39,899 nt of DNA. Source: Clostridiales bacterium. GTDB lineage: Bacteria > Bacillota > Clostridia > Lachnospirales > WRAX01. The first letter of the stretch is position 1. Every line of letters starts with the position of its first letter. A program made the position numbers and the translations under genes. Where the stretch lies: positions 1 to 39,899 of the forward strand of contig JAISVU010000027.1 in assembly GCA_031271375.1 (NCBI GenBank), given 5' to 3'. The notes under the pieces are model-generated. The model did no database searches. It had not been told where the DNA came from and saw only the letters and a list, made by a program, of their open reading frames with translations. Below are positions 26,411 to 34,442 of this stretch, one piece after another.

Positions 26411-28135
26411 TTAACCCCCCATCATGTTATGCGCCTTGTTTTCAGCGGCCTCAAGCCGATCTGCGGTGTCGTTCAAGTAGTTTCTAATCCTTCCCAGGGT
26501 GAGGCTGCTGCCAGTAAGTATGTTTGCCTTAGCCACAGAGAGCTGGTCTATAATCCTAACCTCGCTGTAAAGGCTGTTCATCATCCTGTCAAGCTCCTTA
26601 ATATCTGTATTTACCCTCCCGACGCTTACTGCGTAGTCCCTCAGCGCCAATGTGTCGGCTTTGATGACAAAATGATCCTTCACATAATCGTCGCCGTGGT
26701 TGAAAGCGTCTTTTATCCATTCGGCAACTTTCTGAAGACCTTCCTTGATTGCATGAAAGATGTCGACCACGATATCCCACACATCGCCGAGTACTCTAAA
26801 CACTGCTTCCAACAAGGCTTTCATTGCTTTCAAAAACTCTTCCACATGAGTCACAAAAAATACTATTTTCTTGATCGCCGACACGATTATTATTATTGGC
26901 TTTGCGATATATACGGCTGCTAAAACGGCTAACCCAAATGCCACAGTCACCCCAATTAAAATCCCTATCTCCGCTATAGAGGCGTCATTGAAAGTATATT
27001 CTATTATAGCTCGTATATCCTCGGGCACCGCCTCTGCGATTAAATCAAACGCGAGCTTGGGCCTTGTTACAAGAGTCCATAGAATGGCAAAAAAGCCCAT
27101 TTGCTGGAACCCCATAGCTTCATCACTGAACAGGAACGCATACCAATTATCGGCTTCAAGGCCGATTTTTTTCAGGTCGTCCCAGTCCTTTGAACCCATA
27201 ACAATCTCAAGGAACCCCATAATTGTCTTGGCAGTGTCGTCCCGGTACTTCTTAGGCAATTTGTTTATCATGCCTACTATTTCAACCATCATTAACGCCA
27301 CAGGGCCTTGTTCAACCCTCTTCCCTTTATTGTCGAAGCGCGAATACAGCCTGCCGGTATTAGGATCAATCATACAAGCCATATCATGCCAGCCGACAAA
27401 GCCGTCATTGCCTATGGTTTCAACATAATATGTATTCTTTTTTGCCGCGAATTCCCTTTGCCCCAGCATATTGACATAGTCGTTGTTACCGTTAATCGCG
27501 AGTATCTTCTCTCTGGCCGCGTTAAAATGCTCGATTCCGTAGCGCTTCAGAATATGATTGTACAGGTCGTCAGAATGATTGGGACCGTCAAGAGAAAGGC
27601 AAAGGTCAATCAAACTTGAGTATTCAGACATCATCGTGACGTATTCCGCCACGTTCCCCCCCTGGGAATGCCCGCCCACAATAAGCTCTCCGGTATATCC
27701 ATGTCCGGCGTATGCCTTGACGCACTCATCGAAGAAAGTAAGGCCGTCCGCCTGTATCTGGGAGCTAATTCCGTCGGGGGCCATCGCTCCTTCCAAGTCA
27801 ACGCCGAATGAGATGGGATTTTGTACCCAGCCGCCTTTGGGAGTTCCTCTGTATTGGACATATACCGCGTTATCGTCTTTGAAGCATACCGCGCTCATTG
27901 GCGAATCGAAGCCCGCGTCTATGCTTGTTCTCAGAATCTTCATTTTGCCTATGGACGGGTCTTGATCAATAGCCGTCCTTATCAAATCGATATACTGACG
28001 GTTATCAGACTTTGCATCAAGGTCTTCGAACACTTCCTGTAAAGGCGTGCCCTCTCTTATTGGCTCATTATTGTCCGCGATAAGATACGTCAAAAGCTCC
28101 AGCACCGTGGACTTATTAATCAGGGCTTCATTCAC
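26411..28135 (-). CDS. Mbeg1-like (DUF2974) alpha/beta-hydrolase (lipase-type) protein with a central hydrophobic hairpin and C-terminal helical domain; candidate T7SS toxin
   Basis: 574 aa. YRGTPKGGW... and the nucleophile elbow GGHSQGGNVAEY...SLDGPN match the Mbeg1/DUF2974 pattern. Residues about 386-429 are strongly hydrophobic (IAEIGILIGVTVAFGLAVLAAVYIAKPIIIIVSAIKKIVFFV). Residues about 430-574 are amphipathic helices. The GTG start overlaps the upstream stop (GTGA). Confidence 0.8.
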   Translation of the reverse strand: MNEALINKSTVLELLTYLIADNNEPIREGTPLQEVFEDLDAKSDNRQYIDLIRTAIDQDPSIGKMKILRTSIDAGFDSPMSAVCFKDDNAVYVQYRGTPKGGWVQNPISFGVDLEGAMAPDGISSQIQADGLTFFDECVKAYAGHGYTGELIVGGHSQGGNVAEYVTMMSEYSSLIDLCLSLDGPNHSDDLYNHILKRYGIEHFNAAREKILAINGNNDYVNMLGQREFAAKKNTYYVETIGNDGFVGWHDMACMIDPNTGRLYSRFDNKGKRVEQGPVALMMVEIVGMINKLPKKYRDDTAKTIMGFLEIVMGSKDWDDLKKIGLEADNWYAFLFSDEAMGFQQMGFFAILWTLVTRPKLAFDLIAEAVPEDIRAIIEYTFNDASIAEIGILIGVTVAFGLAVLAAVYIAKPIIIIVSAIKKIVFFVTHVEEFLKAMKALLEAVFRVLGDVWDIVVDIFHAIKEGLQKVAEWIKDAFNHGDDYVKDHFVIKADTLALRDYAVSVGRVNTDIKELDRMMNSLYSEVRIIDQLSVAKANILTGSSLTLGRIRNYLNDTADRLEAAENKAHNMMGG

Positions 28136-28755
28136 TCTATTGTTCTCCTCTCAAAGTACACGTCCTTATAACCTTCCAAGTATCTGCCTGAGTAACTATC
28201 GTTAGTTGAGAGCTTTATTATGCTTAGTGAGTAATGGAGGCCACGTTCTTTCAGTTCCTTTAGGAAATCAACCGCGGCGCTTTCGTCAATCGTATCGGCG
28301 GTGATGTCGGCGTGAATCAGATGGTTTTTATATATGATATATTCATCAAACCCCGTTGAAGGGGAAATCCCTTCTGTTGAAGAAGCTCTTGGAATACTAA
28401 CAGTCACTTCGGGATTGTCAAAGAACCTATTGGCTATTTCTGTGAGATATTCCACAGTTCGGGTTTCATAATAAAAATCCATGAAATTATCCTTATATGT
28501 CTCTTCATCTCCGCTGCTGTAAATAACCACCAATATCTCTTTTCCTGGAAGGCTTTTCGCGGAAACAAGTATGGGATGCTGATCTCTGGGAGTCCCGGTA
28601 GACCCCCAAGGCCCGATGTAACTAAACTCCTCGCCATAGCGTTTTTCCATGTATTCCAAAGCCCCGTCATACACATTTCCTTTTTTGAGCATACAGCCAT
28701 AACCCCCTAGTATCACCCCTGCCATTAAAAGCAGCGGAATTAAATATCTTCTCAT
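28132..28755 (-). CDS. Membrane-anchored/lipoprotein-like protein, candidate immunity protein
   Basis: 207 aa. N-terminal signal/anchor MRRYLIPLLLMAGVILGGYGC (non-canonical lipobox). Translationally coupled to the hydrolase gene. The immunity role is inferred from position only. Confidence 0.65.
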   Translation of the reverse strand: MRRYLIPLLLMAGVILGGYGCMLKKGNVYDGALEYMEKRYGEEFSYIGPWGSTGTPRDQHPILVSAKSLPGKEILVVIYSSGDEETYKDNFMDFYYETRTVEYLTEIANRFFDNPEVTVSIPRASSTEGISPSTGFDEYIIYKNHLIHADITADTIDESAAVDFLKELKERGLHYSLSIIKLSTNDSYSGRYLEGYKDVYFERRTIE

Positions 28756-28833
28756 ATCGGTTATCGTAACCTCCGCCGTTCCCGGGCATTGCGGGCGGGA
28801 TAATCCCGCCCCCTTAAACCCGTCATAGAGTTA

Positions 28834-29142
28834 CTACTTAAACGCATCCGAAAGCTGTACGTTCGCGTTCTCTGTCGCCGTGTAGTCCTCGGCCACGTTT
28901 CTCTGGAGGAACTTTACGTACTGGTCAAGAACGTCGTGAAACGTCTGGAAATACTTGCCGGCGAATTCGTTGTATGAATCGCGGGTTTGCTCTGCCGCCT
29001 GGCCCGTCCAGTAGGTCGACAGGCTGTCAACGGTCGCCTTGCTTTCGTTTAGCAGCTGCTGAAGCTGGTCGTTGTCGCCGCTGATTTGCGAAGCGATTGA
29101 CAGCACTTGTTCTGTATCAAGAGTGATTTGAGTGTTTGCCAT
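28834..29142 (-). CDS. esxA: WXG100 family protein, EsxA-like
   Basis: 102 aa with central YWTGQAA (W-x-G). The C-terminus EDYTATENANVQLSDAFK contains YxxxE and a tail resembling S. aureus EsxA ...QQLSNNF... Confidence 0.85.
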   Translation of the reverse strand: MANTQITLDTEQVLSIASQISGDNDQLQQLLNESKATVDSLSTYWTGQAAEQTRDSYNEFAGKYFQTFHDVLDQYVKFLQRNVAEDYTATENANVQLSDAFK

Positions 29143-29152
29143 ATGCTCCTCC

Positions 29153-29449
29153 TTAATTGCTCAGTTGTTTAACGCTGGCAATGTTATTGTCCCGGTTGGC
29201 TTCGTAGTTGGCCGCTTGCTGATCCAACGCCTTAGCGGCTATCTCAATATGTTCGGTCATGGCTTTCAAATCATCGCAGAATCCCGTGATCTGCTCCACG
29301 AAGGCAAGGTTGTCCGCTGCCCTCCAAGCGTCGCCCATTGTTTGGGCCGCGTTCATCAGGCGGTTATGGACCGTGTTGTACTCCGCCGCCAATTCAGTAA
29401 ACTTCTGAGACGCTTTGTGCAATTCCGGTGGGTCTACTACTAGCTTCAT
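29153..29449 (-). CDS. WXG100-like partner protein (W-R-A in place of W-x-G)
   Basis: 98 aa, helical hairpin, central GDAWRAADNLAF. RBS AAAGGAGGAAG. Confidence 0.7.
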   Translation of the reverse strand: MKLVVDPPELHKASQKFTELAAEYNTVHNRLMNAAQTMGDAWRAADNLAFVEQITGFCDDLKAMTEHIEIAAKALDQQAANYEANRDNNIASVKQLSN

Positions 29450-29497
29450 TTTCTTCCTCCTTTTTAGATATTATCTATAATGCGTATAGCATTATAT

Positions 29498-29749
29498 TCA
29501 AATTAAAAGCAGTTTAGACGAATTGCGGATGCCGGCGTCGAATACGTTGATATTCCGGTCGAAGGGCCTTCCTGAGGCGGCGTCAAGGAGCATTGTGTCC
29601 GGGGTTCCCTTAAAACTCCCCCCGCAAATTGATTCCGCCAGGCGGACAAGAAGCGCAGTCGTATCCGATATCAGCTTCCCCGCGGGAATAAAAGCATCGA
29701 TATGCCTGCCCGACGCCGGTATATATACGTCAACCAAGTATTTCGTCAT
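29498..29749 (-). CDS. esaB: YukD/EsaB ubiquitin-like T7SS protein
   Basis: 83 aa: MTKYLVDVYIPASGRHIDAFIPAGKLISD...DAGIRNSSKLLLI. Start 29749 with RBS GGGGAAG. The longer ORF to 29935 overlaps the essC 3' end. Confidence 0.8.
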   Translation of the reverse strand: MTKYLVDVYIPASGRHIDAFIPAGKLISDTTALLVRLAESICGGSFKGTPDTMLLDAASGRPFDRNINVFDAGIRNSSKLLLI

Positions 29750-29760
29750 TTTGACTTCCC

Positions 29761-32700
29761 CTAATCTATCAATTTCACCAGCGCCGCAGACCCTTCGGTT
29801 ATTACAAACCCGTACCCCGGCGAGGTCTCCGCCTGGTAATCGGCGGTGCGTTTGTTTACGGTGAGTCGGTACTGGTTGTTTATCCCGCTGCCGGCCCAGA
29901 TGCCAGACATCGGATTGAAATGCGTTCTGTACCATTCCTCGGCCGTGAACGGGTTTAACGCGTTCACGGCATCGCCCACAACGAAATGGATATTGTATTC
30001 CTTAACGCATTTATCCATAGCCGTTTGAAGCCGGTTAAACGGAGTGTCGTCGTCCGCTTCCTTCTTTTCGTCCTCGGGCGGCCTGTAGCGTTCCAGCGCT
30101 GTTTTTAAAGCCGCCATAGACTGGATCATAACGAAGACATCCTCAAACACCGGCGGCGCTTCCCCCGCGTTCATCTTGTCTTTATACCCGTTATTCCTGG
30201 CAAGGGCCAAGTCATATACCTCATGGGCGCTCTTTACCAATTCCTCCAGGCCGGAGCCTCCCTGCGGCGTTAACATGATGGTTTTGACATCGTAATTATC
30301 CGCAATGAACGCACTCAAAGAACCCATGAACCCCTGCCACTCCTGGCCGGACGAAAGCACAAGGTTTACCGGGTTTTTAGTGAAATCATAATAAGCGATG
30401 TCCAGCGTGGATTTCTCCATACCTACCGGGACTTTGGAAAAATCATCTTTAGTTATATAGTCCTTCAAGAACTGCCCGTCAACCTTTTCCCTGATTACCG
30501 GAACCTTGACAGCGGTTTCGTTTAACGCGCCGTACTTGCCCAAAACCTCTTTTGAGAATTTTTGGATAAAGGTATAGGAGGATTCGTCCGCGCTTAGGCA
30601 GGATGTCTGAAATTCCAACAGGCTGTCTTTATCCCTGCGGAATAATCCCCTGCCTTTAAACCCTTCGGGCTGCATTCCCCCGGTCTTGCCGACGACAGAT
30701 GAATAATCGTCCGGGTTATTGAGCCTAAGGCAGAAAAGCTGTTTAAAGTTCTGCAGCAAAGCGAACCTGACATTATTGACCCCTATACAGGTCAGGATAA
30801 AGAAAATGCCGTATTTCGTCCCTTCCCTTGTGAGATAGCTGAGTTCGGCGGCTTTTTCCTCATAAAGCTCGTTAAAGGCGGCGTAGTTGTTGATAATAAT
30901 AAGCATCGCGGGTTCGGGTTTCTCGGCGCTTTTGTTATACTCGGCAAGAGAGCCGCCGGCGCGGGAAAGGAGTTTCTTCCTTGTTTCCAGCTTACCCAAA
31001 GCCAGCTTGAACAGATTGCCGACCTTTTCCTTCTCATACGAAAGTATGACGTCGCCGACGTGTGGCGCCTCGGAGAAAGCCGTCAAAGTCTCGGCGTCAA
31101 AGTCCAGTATATAGATATTCACTTCCTTAGGGGAATGCTCTTTTATCAGCGAATAGCATAAAGCCTCGACAAACATTGCCTTGCCGCTGCCTGATGAACC
31201 ATATACGATTACGTTCCCTTCCTGGGTTATCGGTACGCGCAGGAGGCCCTGGGCCTGCCTTGTCGGGTCGTCATACTCTCCGGCCACGGGGTTAAGCACA
31301 AACGGCTTCCCCCTGAGCTCCCCGTATTTTTCCGTAATCTCATCCGAATAAATCAAATCGGGCAGCGGGTCAAGCCACATCTTCCAGCGGCTTATCCCTT
31401 CCTCCCTGCTGACCTTCTCTATGTATGAAGTCATTACGTCAAGCTGCTTTTTCGGATCCTTTATCATCGCGAACCTATCCGTATTGGCTTCGGCGATGAC
31501 CTTCCCGTTGGTATTGATCACGGTAAGGCTGTCGTCCCGGTCTTTAATGACCTTTGACGAGGGATAGTACGGCGCTCCGGCCCAGGCCGACTGCCCGATC
31601 TCGAAGAGTTCGTTATACCCAACCTGAAGATAGAACCGGCCCGGATTGACAAGGGCCGCCGCGTCGGGCCTCTCAAGCATCTCCATGCTGTCCCCGCTGT
31701 CCTGCACCTTTAAGCAAACCTTGAAGCGGCTGTTGCTGCGGACCTGATCGTCAACGACGCCGCCGGGCTTCTGGGTCGCCAGGATCAAATGAACGCCGAG
31801 GCTGCGCCCGACGCGGGAGGCGCTGGTCAGCTCGGTCATAAAATCGGGCTGTTCCTTCTTTAATTCGGCGAACTCGTCGGATATGATAAACAGATGGGGC
31901 AGCGGAACCTTGACCTTCCCGTCCCGGTAGAGCTTTTGGTATTTGTAGATGTCGATACTGCCGATACCGTGCTGCTGCGCGGTATCGCGGAATATCGTCT
32001 CCCTGCGGTGCAGCTCGCTCCGCATAGAGGCGAGGGAACGCTTTATCCCGTTCCCGTCAAGGTTTGTGATTACCCCGGCGGTGTGGGGTATGTTCTCAAA
32101 GGCCTTCGCCATGCCGCCGCCCTTATAGTCTATCAGGATAAAAGCCACTTCGCGGGGATGGAAGGATACGGCCAATGAAAGGATATATGCGGTTATAAAC
32201 TCGCTTTTCCCCGACCCGGTCATCCCGGCGACAAGGCCGTGGGGGCCGTGGGCCTTCTCATGGAGGTCAAGTTTGAACGGTTCCCCGTATTTGTCTACGC
32301 CCACAACAACGGCCAACGATTTTGCCGGATTGTTATTCGACCAGTTCTCCGGCAGGTTCAAATGCTCAATCATCCCTATCTCAAGCATTTCAAAGAAGGA
32401 GTATTTGGGCGGCAGAGCGAAGTTTGAACCGTTTATGTCAATAAATGTGTTGGCCAAAACCTTCGTAGCCCTGTCCATATCCAATGATTCAGGGTTGTCC
32501 GCGATGAAGGCTATGGACGGGTCGCTGACATCGCTTATATATGTAAGGCTTGATACAGAGCCGTCCCCCGGCCTTCCCCTAAGCTCCGCCACGGCGGAAC
32601 ATTCCTTCGGCAGGTCTTTAAGCCTTCCGAACAGCGAAAGGACTGAGAATTTCAAGTTTTCTTTGTGTTCGGCCACCCTGCGGACGCACTCGGCTTTGGA

Positions 32701-34404
32701 AGCCAAATCCTTGTCCAGGCAGATTATAACGTAATACGGCTTTTCGTCCTCCAGTTTGCTTTCGGTTAAATCCTTGCGGTCTTCGATAATCCGGTCAAGG
32801 GAAAAAGAGAGGGCCTTCGCCTCGTCGGAGTTGGTGGCGATATAGCGGACGGTCTTGTCGTCGCTCATCGTATGGGGAAGCCACCGGGCGAATGCGAATT
32901 CCTCTGAATCCTTTTCGTCGTAGATCATAACGAGCTTAACCTCGTCATAGCTGTGCAAAGCCACGATTTGGAGAATAAGGCTCTTCGCGTAAGCGAACAG
33001 TTCCCTCCGGTTGGGGGACAGCGAGTATATGCCGCTGATATACCGCTCGACAAGGGGAAGGCACACCGGCACGTCGCTCAAGATATGCTCCTCTTCACCA
33101 AGCGCGTACATTTCCTCGGTTAGATTATCCGGCTCTACCGTGAATTGCCGGTGCGGGTAGGTTATGTTCGCCTTGAGCGGCAGATCGCCGTAACCCAGCC
33201 TAAGGGAAAGGAAATCCTTATGCTTGGGAGTGCGTTCCCAGATGAGGGGCGTCGGAGCCAGTATCCTGTCCAGATAAGCAGCCGCGGCGACATCGTTGGC
33301 CCGCATTATCCGCTCCTGCTCCGCAGTTTCAATTTCAATAAGCCCGCGAACCTGTTCAAGATACTTATGGTACATTTCCTGCCGTTTAGCTTCTTTCCTC
33401 ACCCTTAGCCTGCGCTGAAACGACTTAGTGATGACCGGCCACATGACGGTTCCCAGCAGCATACTGAAACACATGACCACCGAAGGCAGCGCCTGGGTTA
33501 TGTCCCCCCGCTGCAACGCGCTGGACACCGCAAAAGTACCGCTGGCTATGGAAGCCATTCCCATCGTAAGGGACGGCCCGATGAGCATGATCATCGGCAC
33601 GTCGTCGCTGCCCTGCTTGGCGGTCGGGGGATCAAGTTTCAGCTCATACTCGTCAACCCCGTGCTTGAACCGGGGCGCCCGGTAGAAATAATCCTCCGAA
33701 AAGTCCAATTCCTCGTCATTGTCCGGCTCCGGGTCGGCGGTTGCGGATGGAGGCCGGTACTCGGCTAAATCCGCGCTCTGTATCCGCACATTGCCGTCGG
33801 GATTGTTGACGAAGATTAAGTCCCCCGCTACGATTATCTGCATTCCCAGAATATAGACGACATCGCCCGCGTGCAGGCGGCGCTGCTTAACGGCGACGCC
33901 ATTAACATACGTGCGGTTCCTGCTGTCCAAATCCCTCACGGCGGCCCCGTTATTGGACAGGGCCAGCTCGGCGTGGGCGGCTGAAACAAATTTGTTCCCG
34001 TAGCAAATATTGTTGGCGGTTTCCCGTCCGATGCTTAGAACCGTCTTCGCCGCTCTCAGCCTGTAAATACCGTATCTCAGGCGGTCGGCGCTGAGGGGCT
34101 CTGTATACAGGATGTATTTGACCTTCCTGTCCTTGCTCTGGACCCTGTAAAGCTCCATTGGGTTCAATACGGCGGAAAGGAGTTCGTTATTGTCTTTGTC
34201 GACAACGCTGAACCTGCGGTTGGATTTTACCCTCCATTCGGAAACCCCGCCGGATTCCAGCGACCTTGAGGCCTCCACCGCCACGATGTCCGCCCTGTTG
34301 CCCTGATCCCCGCCGTCCTTTCCGCGCAGCCAATAATGCCCGGCGTACCGCTCCGGCAGTGTGATGCTTGTGTAATCGTTTTCAGAAAAGAGGGTTAGCT
34401 TCAT
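29761..34404 (-). CDS. essC: EssC/YukB FtsK-SpoIIIE-family T7SS ATPase with N-terminal FHA domains
   Basis: 1547 aa. The FHA region has GR...SAAH...NRTYVNG. It has TM helices and Walker A sites GMTGSGKSE and GSSGSGKAM. The architecture is typical of T7SSb EssC. Confidence 0.95.
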   Translation of the reverse strand: MKLTLFSENDYTSITLPERYAGHYWLRGKDGGDQGNRADIVAVEASRSLESGGVSEWRVKSNRRFSVVDKDNNELLSAVLNPMELYRVQSKDRKVKYILYTEPLSADRLRYGIYRLRAAKTVLSIGRETANNICYGNKFVSAAHAELALSNNGAAVRDLDSRNRTYVNGVAVKQRRLHAGDVVYILGMQIIVAGDLIFVNNPDGNVRIQSADLAEYRPPSATADPEPDNDEELDFSEDYFYRAPRFKHGVDEYELKLDPPTAKQGSDDVPMIMLIGPSLTMGMASIASGTFAVSSALQRGDITQALPSVVMCFSMLLGTVMWPVITKSFQRRLRVRKEAKRQEMYHKYLEQVRGLIEIETAEQERIMRANDVAAAAYLDRILAPTPLIWERTPKHKDFLSLRLGYGDLPLKANITYPHRQFTVEPDNLTEEMYALGEEEHILSDVPVCLPLVERYISGIYSLSPNRRELFAYAKSLILQIVALHSYDEVKLVMIYDEKDSEEFAFARWLPHTMSDDKTVRYIATNSDEAKALSFSLDRIIEDRKDLTESKLEDEKPYYVIICLDKDLASKAECVRRVAEHKENLKFSVLSLFGRLKDLPKECSAVAELRGRPGDGSVSSLTYISDVSDPSIAFIADNPESLDMDRATKVLANTFIDINGSNFALPPKYSFFEMLEIGMIEHLNLPENWSNNNPAKSLAVVVGVDKYGEPFKLDLHEKAHGPHGLVAGMTGSGKSEFITAYILSLAVSFHPREVAFILIDYKGGGMAKAFENIPHTAGVITNLDGNGIKRSLASMRSELHRRETIFRDTAQQHGIGSIDIYKYQKLYRDGKVKVPLPHLFIISDEFAELKKEQPDFMTELTSASRVGRSLGVHLILATQKPGGVVDDQVRSNSRFKVCLKVQDSGDSMEMLERPDAAALVNPGRFYLQVGYNELFEIGQSAWAGAPYYPSSKVIKDRDDSLTVINTNGKVIAEANTDRFAMIKDPKKQLDVMTSYIEKVSREEGISRWKMWLDPLPDLIYSDEITEKYGELRGKPFVLNPVAGEYDDPTRQAQGLLRVPITQEGNVIVYGSSGSGKAMFVEALCYSLIKEHSPKEVNIYILDFDAETLTAFSEAPHVGDVILSYEKEKVGNLFKLALGKLETRKKLLSRAGGSLAEYNKSAEKPEPAMLIIINNYAAFNELYEEKAAELSYLTREGTKYGIFFILTCIGVNNVRFALLQNFKQLFCLRLNNPDDYSSVVGKTGGMQPEGFKGRGLFRRDKDSLLEFQTSCLSADESSYTFIQKFSKEVLGKYGALNETAVKVPVIREKVDGQFLKDYITKDDFSKVPVGMEKSTLDIAYYDFTKNPVNLVLSSGQEWQGFMGSLSAFIADNYDVKTIMLTPQGGSGLEELVKSAHEVYDLALARNNGYKDKMNAGEAPPVFEDVFVMIQSMAALKTALERYRPPEDEKKEADDDTPFNRLQTAMDKCVKEYNIHFVVGDAVNALNPFTAEEWYRTHFNPMSGIWAGSGINNQYRLTVNKRTADYQAETSPGYGFVITEGSAALVKLID

Positions 34405-34442
34405 ATTTGCCCCCGTTCTATTGCCAGTGTTCCGGCCATTGC

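Noticed and set aside
29750-29935. Longer version of the YukD ORF starting at 29935
   Set aside because: The extra 62 residues are Arg/Gln-rich, overlap the 3' end of essC in another frame, and lack an RBS. ATG 29749 has GGGGAAG upstream and gives a typical ~80-aa YukD protein.
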